From assembly GCA_963778115.1 (NCBI GenBank), contig CAVZSV010000005.1, positions 384,001 through 448,000 of the forward strand: a stretch of DNA of 64,000 nt, in the 5' to 3' direction. The stretch is from an uncultured delta proteobacterium (lineage in GTDB: Bacteria > Bdellovibrionota > FAC87 > UBA2466). The notes under the pieces were generated by a model that made no database searches, was not told where the DNA came from, and was given only the letters and a program-made list of their open reading frames with translations. Made by a program: the position numbers and the translations under genes. Within the stretch, counting starts at the first letter, position 1. Each line of letters starts with the position of its first letter. Shown here piece after piece: positions 9,472 through 18,464 of the stretch.

Positions 9472-11781
9472 ATGCGATTGAAACCCATGAAAGTAATTTT
9501 GCAGAACATGCTCTGGCTATGCCTTATTTGGGCGCCAGCCGTTTTAGCCGACACGGTGAATAGCGATTGGACTTTTGGGCTAAATTGCGCGGCGACCGGG
9601 ACGACCAGCACCGGCTCCTTCACGTTTAGTAACACCAATATTTCGGGATCCGCGGGGACTTGCGCCAGGACCTCAAATCTCTTTACCGAATTCACGCTGG
9701 GTTCTTACTCGGGTACTGGCACTCCGGTTTCCACTACGATCTTTGCCGTAAACACTGGCGATGTTTTAATCGTCCCCCCGATTTTAACGACAGACTTTCA
9801 ACCCATCTTTGCCGTCACCAATGCCGCGCCCACAACGAGCAGCTATACCGCGAACTGGATTAGTGTGCAGTGGGAGACCAGCACCGCGACACTGACCAAT
9901 AATTACTTGATTGGCCAATCGACCGTGAACACCGGAACCTCGCCTGGCGGAAATGGCGTAGTATTGACCGGCCAGTGGGATATCGATGGCGCGGTTTATT
10001 GGTCAGGGTCAGTCAATATGCCAGGCACTTGGGGAACGGGTGGCAATACCGGAATCTATACCGCAAGTGGTGGCGGAGGCGACTTGGAAGGCACGGTTTA
10101 CTTTGATGCCGAGGGCGCGGGCGTGTTCAAGACCACGCCGGGAAGGGCCACTTTCTTCTTCCCGCAACAAAACATTACTCTTTCCACTTTGGGAGGCATC
10201 ACCTACTCCGGCATTATGTTTGATGCCAATCAAGCCGGTTACGGGGATGTCAAAGAAGTTCAAGTCGTGAGCAGCAGCGACGGCAGGACCTACACCGTGA
10301 ATGCCTTTAGCAATGTCGGCACCAATACCACGAGCAACTCCTTCACCGACACCATTTCCATTACGAGTGCCAACACTCCGGCCAATGGCATTCTCCTTGG
10401 CACCACCACTCGCACCGGTACTGGCGCCGGCTCGGGGAACATCGCTTGCATCGCCAATACGACCGGCGATAATCGGGTTATCTGCTCCGGGCAGTCTCCC
10501 AATAACAACTCCATTCCATACAATATCAGTTTTGCCTATACGCCGGGACCCGCCACTCTCTTTGCTTCTTCCGATGTATCTGGCGATATCTACAGCGTTG
10601 TAGGACACGGTTGTGACCCGTACGACGATTGTGAGACTAACCCTGACGGGTCTTACTCTGTCGACGGCGGAGTCGCGACCAGTGCGGGGACAATGGCTGC
10701 GGGAGGCGTTGCCCTTGATGCTTCTGGAAATCTCTATTACGCCGAACCATCCAATGGCGTGATCCGAATGGTGCCCACGACATCGGGAACCTACTTCGGT
10801 CAGACCATGACAGCAAACAACCTTTATACCGTTGCGGGAAATTACAGTCTGCGTGGAACTTACTCAGGGGACGGTGGGGCCGCAACCAGCGCGGGACTAA
10901 ACAAAGCCTGGGGTGTGGCCCTCGATGCTTCTGGAAATCTCTACATTTCAGATGCGTATAATTACGTGATTCGGATGGTACCTGTGACATCGGGAACTTA
11001 CTTTGGTCAAGGCATGACCGCATACAATATTTATACGATCGCGGGAAACCATGTTAGGGGTTTCTCGGGCGACGGCTTGGTAGCCACAAGCGCAGAGCTG
11101 CACACAACCACCCCTGGCATTACGCTAGATCCCTCTGGGAACGTCTATTTTGTTGACGACTATAATTACCGCGTTCGAATGGTCCCCAAGGCATCGGGCA
11201 CTTACTTCGGCCAAAGTATGACTGCCAACGATATCTATACCGTTGTCGGAGGTGGTCCTGGTGATCCGTACGATTCCTACGATATCGGCGACGGGGGACT
11301 TGCGACCAACGGAATACTGAATACGCCCGGAGCCGGAGGCCTAGCTATAGATAGTTCCGGAAATCTGTATGTCGGTGATAACGGTCCTTGGTCCGCAGGC
11401 ATTATTCGAATGGTGCCCGTGAATTCAGGAACCTATTTTGGCGAAAGTATGACCGCAAATGATATCTATACCATTACCGCTACCGATGGGGTAATGGGGC
11501 CCGAGGGGATTGCGGTGGACGCTTCCGGAAATCTCTATATCTCGGCTGAAATGATCGACTGGTTCGAAATGGTGCCCGCAGTATCGGGAACTTACTTCGG
11601 TCAAAGCCTGACGGCTAATAATATGTATGAGATCGTGGGAAACGGTGAATGGGGAGAATACAGCGGTGACGGGGCGCCCGCGATCAACGCGGGAATATCC
11701 TCTCCTACTGGCATTGCCGTCGATCCTTCTGGAAATCTTTACATTAGCGTAAATGGATCAATTCGCGGCGTGTTGCACTAA
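9472..11781 (+). CDS. secreted NHL-repeat protein, paralog of 5253-8333
   Basis: signal peptide AVLA-DTV; ~330-aa N-domain homologous to module 1; five MVPxxSGTYFGxxxTAxxxY NHL-type blades. Confidence 0.85.
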   Translation: MRLKPMKVILQNMLWLCLIWAPAVLADTVNSDWTFGLNCAATGTTSTGSFTFSNTNISGSAGTCARTSNLFTEFTLGSYSGTGTPVSTTIFAVNTGDVLIVPPILTTDFQPIFAVTNAAPTTSSYTANWISVQWETSTATLTNNYLIGQSTVNTGTSPGGNGVVLTGQWDIDGAVYWSGSVNMPGTWGTGGNTGIYTASGGGGDLEGTVYFDAEGAGVFKTTPGRATFFFPQQNITLSTLGGITYSGIMFDANQAGYGDVKEVQVVSSSDGRTYTVNAFSNVGTNTTSNSFTDTISITSANTPANGILLGTTTRTGTGAGSGNIACIANTTGDNRVICSGQSPNNNSIPYNISFAYTPGPATLFASSDVSGDIYSVVGHGCDPYDDCETNPDGSYSVDGGVATSAGTMAAGGVALDASGNLYYAEPSNGVIRMVPTTSGTYFGQTMTANNLYTVAGNYSLRGTYSGDGGAATSAGLNKAWGVALDASGNLYISDAYNYVIRMVPVTSGTYFGQGMTAYNIYTIAGNHVRGFSGDGLVATSAELHTTTPGITLDPSGNVYFVDDYNYRVRMVPKASGTYFGQSMTANDIYTVVGGGPGDPYDSYDIGDGGLATNGILNTPGAGGLAIDSSGNLYVGDNGPWSAGIIRMVPVNSGTYFGESMTANDIYTITATDGVMGPEGIAVDASGNLYISAEMIDWFEMVPAVSGTYFGQSLTANNMYEIVGNGEWGEYSGDGAPAINAGISSPTGIAVDPSGNLYISVNGSIRGVLH

Positions 11782-11849
11782 TGTCCTGAGTATATTAGGG
11801 CGGTAGTACTCATTGGACGGCCCCGAAGCAATCAAACAAGGCATCACCC

Positions 11850-12932
11850 TTAGTGTTTCGGTTGGCCGAAACTAGCGACTTCTCTAGGCGCGGGTTGGCT
11901 TAAGTACCATCGGTTTCTTCCCGAGCAAAAATGGCCGAAACGCCAGATCGTATCATTATTTTTCCCCGTAAGCGGGATAACGACTTTAGCCGGGTGTGGG
12001 CATTCTGGATTGGGCTCTTCAGGAAGGACAAGTAAGAATTCGCTTCGAGTCGCGTCCGCGAGCAAATAGGGGAGTTGATCTTCCGCCGCAAATTCGCCGA
12101 GCGGGCCGACACTTTCGTGAAGCGAACCGAGAAAGAGCGGCATCGAATAATATTTAAATTTCTGGTTAGTCGATGAGGGAGCAGCCGCTCGAATGACGGC
12201 TTGGGAATACGCGGGAAGGTCATTAAAACCCTTCAACTCGAACTTGGATCTAAAATCGAGTTCGGAGTGGGCGGGAGCGGTTTTCGAAGCAAAGGAATCT
12301 TGCCCGAAGACAAAGTCGCGTTCCTTGGCAAGGGTATGGCAACCGTAACAAGTGACAGGGTCTGCGGCATTTTCCGTTCCCCCGCGGTTTCCCTCTTTAG
12401 ACGAAGGCACGTAAAGCGCATACCCCCAACCCTCCGTTGAGGCATATTTTTTTTCGTCTTTTTTCATGAATTGAACGCGCGAGGTTCGGGCCGGAGAAAG
12501 GCTATTAGGGAAGAGGGGATCTGCCTTCACGGTGAATGCCAATTTGGCGAACATCGAACCTTTGGGATATTTTTCAACATGCCGTTGCATTGCCTTCCAG
12601 GCAGTGGGATTGGCATAAATAAATCGCTGCTCTCCGTTGTCTTTTCTAAAGCGCACCGTGACCATATGCCAAGTCTTCCAAAATTGGTCGTAGGGCTTGG
12701 GGTTAATTCCATTCATCGGTGAAGCATTGGAAAGAGAATAAGGAAAACCAGGCAGGAGATCGGGCACTTTCCCCTCTTCGCTCGCAGAAATTTGAGTCGG
12801 GCGAAGCGTCAGGATCCAACACAAAACAATCAGCCGGAGGATGCGCGTTAATTCCAAGAGCCACCTCAAAAAACGTTCCTTAGTCTCTGTTCGGAACAGC
12901 GGCCTGCGAACTTTAAATTCTGTTACCTTCAA
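11850..12932 (-). CDS. cytochrome P460 family protein with C-terminal extension
   Basis: YPKGSMFAK, FMKKD..Y..TEGWGYA and CYGCH..A.ERDFVF are the P460/c'-beta signature; exact start uncertain. Confidence 0.8.
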   Translation of the reverse strand: MKVTEFKVRRPLFRTETKERFLRWLLELTRILRLIVLCWILTLRPTQISASEEGKVPDLLPGFPYSLSNASPMNGINPKPYDQFWKTWHMVTVRFRKDNGEQRFIYANPTAWKAMQRHVEKYPKGSMFAKLAFTVKADPLFPNSLSPARTSRVQFMKKDEKKYASTEGWGYALYVPSSKEGNRGGTENAADPVTCYGCHTLAKERDFVFGQDSFASKTAPAHSELDFRSKFELKGFNDLPAYSQAVIRAAAPSSTNQKFKYYSMPLFLGSLHESVGPLGEFAAEDQLPYLLADATRSEFLLVLPEEPNPECPHPAKVVIPLTGKNNDTIWRFGHFCSGRNRWYLSQPAPREVASFGQPKH

Positions 12933-13209
12933 ATTTTGTATAGAGAGCGCATGGCGCCTGACGCCGCGTTAAACGGCCATTAGGGGCTTCCTTCGGGGCT
13001 TTCCGATCGGATCTCTCAATACTCTTCCTAGTCATGACACTCTCCATGGATTTGAGAGCATCTCTGTATCTCTTCCGCCTTATCGTTCATGTGTGCTATA
13101 AACCTACCCACTCAAATCATGGCAAACGAAGTCGACTGGCTTCAAGGAACGTATATGAAAAGTCTAGTAGTAATTTTGGTTTTGCAGTCTTGATGTGGAG
13201 TTCGGAAAG

Positions 13210-13336
13210 TCCGTAGAGAGACCCCCTGAGGTAGCGGCGGCCCTCACTCAACGCAACGGGCCAGCAAATAGCGATAAGCAAACTTATAACTAAGACCTAG
13301 GCTCCGCAAAAACGGTGGGTTATCCCGCCTATCCGT
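13210..13336 (+). repeat. copy A of ~128-bp element, 3 bp downstream of the recombinase stop
   Basis: aligns with 3544-3672; recombinase TAG at 13340-13342 on the minus strand. Confidence 0.9.
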
Positions 13337-13339
13337 CGT

Positions 13340-14507
13340 CTAACCGGCCTTCCGATTCAGCGGTTGGACGGAAGCTTTCTCTGTTTCACTCGGATTCTGT
13401 TGAAACTCGCACGCCTGCTGAATTCCTTGGACGTAGTGATTATCTGTCGTCTTAACGCTCTTGTGACCCAGCCAACGATAGGTCACTTGCTTTGGATAAT
13501 TTCCCATTTCCCACATGAGAGCGACGAAGCCTTTGCGACCGCCGCGGAGACTCGCGCGAGGGTTCACGTACTTTTGCACTGTCGCAACCGAAGGGCTTTT
13601 GAATTCTCGACTCTCGATAATCTCGAGGCCCTTCTCCTGTTAGGGAAAGAGAATTGGAATGAATTTCCAGCGCTGTTCCGACGGAAGACGGACGAGTTTA
13701 TGTTGAAAGACGGCGAGTAGTTTCTTTCCCTGATACTCTTCAACTTTCCGTTTGAGATTATTGAGCTCGCTTGGGCGCAATCCAAACCAAAGCGTCAGGT
13801 ACAGCCAGTTCCAGGCTCTCGGATCCAGATCGGCCTTTGATCGACGGAGACTCGCCCAGCTGATTGGGGCGGATGTCAAACCGAATGGCCTTTTGCCGAA
13901 GAAGGATTCGTGAATTCTGACCGACGCTTCCCCCGACGGTTTTGCGACGGGATCAAAATATTTGTTCAAATTTTTCCCATAGAACTTGCCCCAAAGATTC
14001 AACACGCGGATCACCTTTTGCGCATAGGACAGACTCCACTGCTTTCGTTTGAAGAAGGCGTACATGAGGGTCGCCCGATCCGACCACTCCGCGGGCTCGA
14101 TATTGATCTCGCGGATAATTCGTTTTGCAGTTCTCCAGTAGATACAGAGCTGCCGGTATTGGTGTCTCTTCGCCCCAGCATACTTTCTCCTGCAGCACCT
14201 CTTTCTCAAAGCGTTGGCAAAGAAGCGGCGGGAGCCAGGCGCACTCGATCTTCTCTTCCTTCTTTAACTTCTGGTGAATAGCGTTACGTCGCCGCTGTTG
14301 GAATTTTACCCAGTCCTGAGACGAGACCTGCTTCGCTCTCTCTTTCGCCTCTTTGAACGTCATCGAAGGGCTGAAGCCAATCGTCGGTCACTCTTCTTTT
14401 GGTACGTGCCGTTGGGTCTTCTTGGCGTCGGTATAGGTTTCGTAAATGATGCGCCAGACGATGGATCCGTCGGGTCAGGTGTAGCGTTTTGTAATCTGGC
14501 AGCCCAT
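13340..14507 (-). pseudogene. tyrosine recombinase/integrase pseudogene
   Basis: RBS aggaga and ATG 14507; motifs WFGLRPSE, LRGGRKGF, WLGHKSVKTTDNHY; two in-frame TGA near the start, one frameshift near 14145, one in-frame TAA at 13640. Confidence 0.85.
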
Positions 14508-14548
14508 ATTTTCTCCTATCGGAATTTAGGAGAACTTCTGTGACCACC

Positions 14549-14617
14549 CCTACCAAAATCGCGGAGCAACCACCTACCAAATTGGCGGCGACTATTTGCA
14601 GGTTAAGGTTAAGGTTA
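14549..14617. repeat. short direct repeats between tRNA and integrase (candidate arm/att sites)
   Basis: cctaccaaaatcgcgg (14549) and cctaccaaattggcgg (14573), then (aggtta)x3 at 14600-14617. Confidence 0.5.
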
Positions 14618-14631
14618 ATCTTAATAGTAAA

Positions 14632-14704
14632 TAGCTGGGGAGGGACTCGAACCCCCGACCAAAGGATTATGATTCCCTTGCTCTACCGACTGAGCTACCC
14701 AGCC
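14632..14704 (-). tRNA. tRNA-Met (CAT), probably elongator; CCA not encoded
   Basis: GGCTGGGTAGCTCAGTCGGTAGAGC-AAGGGA-ATCATAA-TCCTT-...GGTTCGAGTCC...CCCAGCTA folds as a cloverleaf; lacks initiator features and the C4/C5 of Ile2. Confidence 0.92.
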
Positions 14705-14948
14705 ATTGACCCATAAAAGTAAAGATTTGCCGTTTGGATGTCAACGAAAGCTGCCGTTTTCGTCACCTTCCCGACGCCTGTCTAAAAAAAATCTTGGAAT
14801 TCACCCCCCGACTTTCCTTGGAATACACTCCTGGTTACCCGCTTTGCGTATCTCAAATGGGCCGCTCTGTGAGTATTCTCAGGGAGCGGTCTAAAGCCCC
14901 CCTTTTTAGGGTACAGCGTTTGCAATCGATCTTACTGGGGGGGGGCCT

Positions 14949-16040
14949 ATGAAGCATCGTCACGAGATTTTCGTCATTCTCTTTGCGGGGTATCTCTTAA
15001 GTCATACGACACTGGCATGGGCCCAAGACCATAGCCAAAGCGTCGATGGGCCTGATACTGGGATTACCTCGAGCGATACCGAACCCCCTGCGATCACCGC
15101 GAACTACACTCCAGAAGAAGCTAGCTCGGAGAGTCAGGGAGGGTATCGGTACGTCAGCAAGAATTTTTCCGTAACCGCTCCAACCGCTACTTTGGCTCAA
15201 GACGTAGCCGAACGGGCAGAACAGGCCAGAACGAAACTTTCAAAGGCTTGGACGGGAAAAAGTTTTCCCGACCTTAAGGAGCCGATTCCCCTTGAAGTCA
15301 CCGATTTTTCATCAAGGACTCCTGGAGGAGGTGCCACCTCTTTCGTCTTTAGTAGCCAAGGACGGCCGGGACGCTGGGACATGAAAATCCAAGGCTCGCC
15401 GAACGACTTAGCGTCGGTCATTGATCATGAAGTCAATCACACCGTCTTTGCCCAGATCTTCGGCCAGCCTTTGCCTCGAGCACTAGATGAAGGGGCCTCT
15501 TCTCACGTGGAGCAGGCTTCGGAACGAAACAAGATGCAAAACCTCAACGTCACTAATCTAAAGACGGGCCTTGGCATCTCAATGGCGCAACTCTTAACGA
15601 TGAAAGAGTACCCGACGGATAGAGATCAGCTGCTTGCGGTCTACGCGCAAGGCTCCTCGACGGTAAATTTCCTCGTGGGCAAAGGCGGAGGAGGGCAGGC
15701 CGGTCGTGAAAAATATATTTCCTTCATGAAAGAGGGAATCGCAAACGGAGAGACCCGAGAGGGATGGGAGAAGGCCCTTGAAGATACGTACTATGGGGGA
15801 AACTCGAGCGTGAAACTAAGCTCAGTTCAAGACGAATGGCTGGATTGGGTGAGAAAGGGAAGTAGCCCCAAGGACATTCAAAATTCGGACGTCAAACTAG
15901 CCAATGGAACGAGCGGTCAAGATTCTAATTCGACGCTGCCACAAGCTCAGATGGCTTCTCAAAAGCAGGGACGCGTTAGCTTCGAAGACACTGACCTTTA
16001 CCGAAGAGCAGTGGGAGGCGCGGAACAACCAACCAGATAA
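14949..16040 (+). CDS. secreted gluzincin-type metallopeptidase-like protein
   Basis: signal peptide; HEVNH followed by PRALDEG (third-ligand Glu). Confidence 0.7.
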   Translation: MKHRHEIFVILFAGYLLSHTTLAWAQDHSQSVDGPDTGITSSDTEPPAITANYTPEEASSESQGGYRYVSKNFSVTAPTATLAQDVAERAEQARTKLSKAWTGKSFPDLKEPIPLEVTDFSSRTPGGGATSFVFSSQGRPGRWDMKIQGSPNDLASVIDHEVNHTVFAQIFGQPLPRALDEGASSHVEQASERNKMQNLNVTNLKTGLGISMAQLLTMKEYPTDRDQLLAVYAQGSSTVNFLVGKGGGGQAGREKYISFMKEGIANGETREGWEKALEDTYYGGNSSVKLSSVQDEWLDWVRKGSSPKDIQNSDVKLANGTSGQDSNSTLPQAQMASQKQGRVSFEDTDLYRRAVGGAEQPTR

Positions 16041-16080
16041 CGCGACGCGCGGCGAGAGGTTCCTTCAGTTTAAGGATTTA

Positions 16081-17412
16081 TGTGATTTCTGAGCGATTGC
16101 GTCACCCTAATTCCTGAGCGATTTTGTCACCCTCGATGTTTTCTTATCGGTTTTTATCCCGCTTTCCGCAGAGATAAGTCCACCATGACCTGGTACAGAT
16201 CAATGGGCTTGCTTGCGAAGAAAGCCCGCCAGGTAAGGTCCTGGTAGGTCCTAAATTCGATTTTCTGGCGGTAGATGGAGTGTTTTAGCGGAGAGCGAAG
16301 TTCATAGACGATACCGTTCCAGCTCAGGGTGTGGTTACGTTTCACCGTTCGGTACTCTTTGAGGCAAAGCACCTCATGGAGGTCAATCTTCGCGTGCAGA
16401 GGCGTATATCTAGTTTCAGCGTTCTTGGCTGGGACCGTGTTTTTTGGCTTCCAGTAATTAGGCAGAAACTGGTTTTGTAAGTAATCGTTTGCGGCAGGCA
16501 TCCGGTGAATTTTTCTGAGTCGCATTTCTGGAATCAACCGATCCTGAATGGTGTCCCAAGCTCGCTCGATTCTTCCTTTTGCCTCTGGAGAAGTAGCGAC
16601 GATAATCCGAATGCCGAGCTCCGCGGCCGCTCGCTTGAACTGAGTGAAGTGCATTCTTTTCCCACCACCCAGACATCCAGCTCCGTCGACATAGATAGCG
16701 TATGGTATTCCCTTTATCTCGATAATTCTCTGAAGGACCCTCATGCAGTTAATAGTGTCTTCTGATAGAAAAAATTCTCCATAGGGGATGTCACTCGTCG
16801 CATCGTCGATGGCAGCGATCAAACACCACTCATCTTGCCCGTTATACCGATGAGGACTTCCGTCCATCTGAAGTAAAAGGCCCTCACTTTGCATCCTCGT
16901 TCGTCGGTATCTGGCTATCGGTTTCCTCCGCTTCTGACGCTTCACAATCTTCTTCTCGTAACACCAACGTCGAAACGTATCGTACTTTATTTCAATACCG
17001 TGATTGGCTTTGAGCTGCTCGAGACAGTGGTCATGTTGAAATCGAAGTACGTCTTCTCCACCAATTTCATCACCATCGATTTCTGCTCTTCCCCCTTTTT
17101 ATTCCACGGAGTCTTCCCTCGATTTCCGTGGACAGTAGCAAACAGCCCCTTGCTCTCGATCCTTCTCGCAATTCTGCTCACTGTCCGTTCTTTGATCTCT
17201 AGTAACTCTGCCGCCTCCTTACGATTCAGTGTTCCATTCAAAAACTCTGACACGGTTTGGTAAACCAACTGCCCCTGCTTACTCATGTAGATTCCCCCAT
17301 CCTCTCTCACGTTGCCCCCTAACTCATGTTGAATTTCAGGAGGTTAGTTTAGGCCTTAGGGTGACATTTTCGCTGCGTAATTAGGGGGAGACAAAATCGC
17401 TGCGGAGTAACA
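16081..17412 (-). mobile_element. IS1202-family (ISNCY/IS481-like) insertion sequence, 1332 bp, with 16-bp target duplication
   Basis: TGT...ACA ends; paired subterminal gcgattttgtcaccct-type repeats inverted at both ends; tcagtttaaggattta at 16065-16080 and 17413-17428. Confidence 0.9.
16154..17310 (-). pseudogene. DDE transposase, frameshifted near 17030
   Basis: HTH N-part, LLQMDGSPH, IDDAT, YVD, SPEAKGRIER; one extra C (atg acc cac tgt) would join the ORFs as FNMTHCLEQLK. Confidence 0.85.
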
Positions 17413-17435
17413 TCAGTTTAAGGATTTAGCCAAAA

Positions 17436-18458
17436 TTGACGATGGGAAAGAGGGTAAGAGGGTTAAGAAATCCGATGGTTCGTTTCCTGAATAACTTTCT
17501 AAAAAAGACTTATCATAACAATCCCAATTCTACGTTTGGAAAAGCTCTTGGGAAGGCCGTTCAAATTAAGCACGGTAGCTGGACACGTCTTGCGACACTC
17601 AAAAGACAACGTGCTCAAAGATTCGAACTGTATAAAAAATTTAGACCTATAAAGAAAACTCTCCCAATACCTTGTCGTCCCCTCGCCGCTACCGAAATTC
17701 ATGTTCTGACCTGTCACCCGCATGTTTTTATGTGTATTTCGGCATTGAAATCATTTTTGCGATACTTTAACGACCTCGCGATTTCGATCCACGAAGATGG
17801 AAGCTTGACCCGTACCGATAAAAAATTATTGCACCATCATTTGCCGGGAGTTCGCCTGATCGAAAAGAAACTTGCGGATGAGGAAATAGAAAGAAAGTTT
17901 TTGAATTACCCTCACATCCTTAAGTACCGATCGAGTGTTATCAATAGCCTGGAGCTTATCGATCATTTAAGTTCAGTGCGAACGCCTAAGATAATCATTC
18001 TTAATTCGGATGTTCTATTTCTGGAGCGACCAAACGAAGTGATAGATTGGATTGCAGGAAACCAAGAAGGTAATCTCTGCGTGTACGAAGAAACTCCAGA
18101 GGAACAAAATAGTTTTATTAGCCAATTAGGGTTCTCAGCCCCTCCTCATATTACTCTGGGCCTGGTTTGCACGCGCTCTAGTCTCATGGACGCGGAACTA
18201 ATAAATTCTATGCTCCAGTCCTCGATCTCATTTAAACAATGGTATGTCGGACAGAATATTCTTCCTTGTCTCATCGAAAGAGCTTACGGAGTCCAGTCGA
18301 TTCAATTTCTAGATAAGCAGCGTTATCAAGCAAGTGGCGAATTTAGTAACGGAGCAGTCTATCGACACTATTGGACTTCAATTGATAAACTTCGCGAACT
18401 CTATTTCAAAGACGGCCGGAAAGTCATTCAGGACCTGATGAAGGGTCTGGCTCCCTAA
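17436..18458 (+). CDS. putative GT-A fold glycosyltransferase
   Basis: HEDGSLT and ILNSDVLF (DxD-like), C-terminal RHY; visibly AT-richer than flanks. Confidence 0.55.
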   Translation: MTMGKRVRGLRNPMVRFLNNFLKKTYHNNPNSTFGKALGKAVQIKHGSWTRLATLKRQRAQRFELYKKFRPIKKTLPIPCRPLAATEIHVLTCHPHVFMCISALKSFLRYFNDLAISIHEDGSLTRTDKKLLHHHLPGVRLIEKKLADEEIERKFLNYPHILKYRSSVINSLELIDHLSSVRTPKIIILNSDVLFLERPNEVIDWIAGNQEGNLCVYEETPEEQNSFISQLGFSAPPHITLGLVCTRSSLMDAELINSMLQSSISFKQWYVGQNILPCLIERAYGVQSIQFLDKQRYQASGEFSNGAVYRHYWTSIDKLRELYFKDGRKVIQDLMKGLAP

Positions 18459-18464
18459 GCAAAT

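Noticed and set aside
5253..11781. Diversity-generating retroelement acting on the paralogs
   Set aside because: No reverse transcriptase in the window and differences between repeats are not adenine-specific
13210..13336. The 128-bp repeat as a small protein gene (minus-strand frame LxIxLxIAIxxPV...GRRYLRGSLYG, with some synonymous-looking changes)
   Set aside because: Copy A has an in-frame stop and neither copy has a clear RBS/start; kept only as an alternative origin
3544..14199. CRISPR array or classical integron attC array
   Set aside because: No regular repeat-spacer period, no cas genes, no recognisable attC inverted boxes; copies are kilobases apart
14385..14480. Two in-frame TGA codons in the recombinase as evidence of UGA recoding
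   Set aside because: The gene also has a TAA and a frameshift, and TGA ends intact genes such as glmM and cdaA
13340..16170. Recombinase and transposase both end in RKAG*
   Set aside because: Four residues with different codons and no extended DNA similarity; coincidence or a generic degradation-tag-like end
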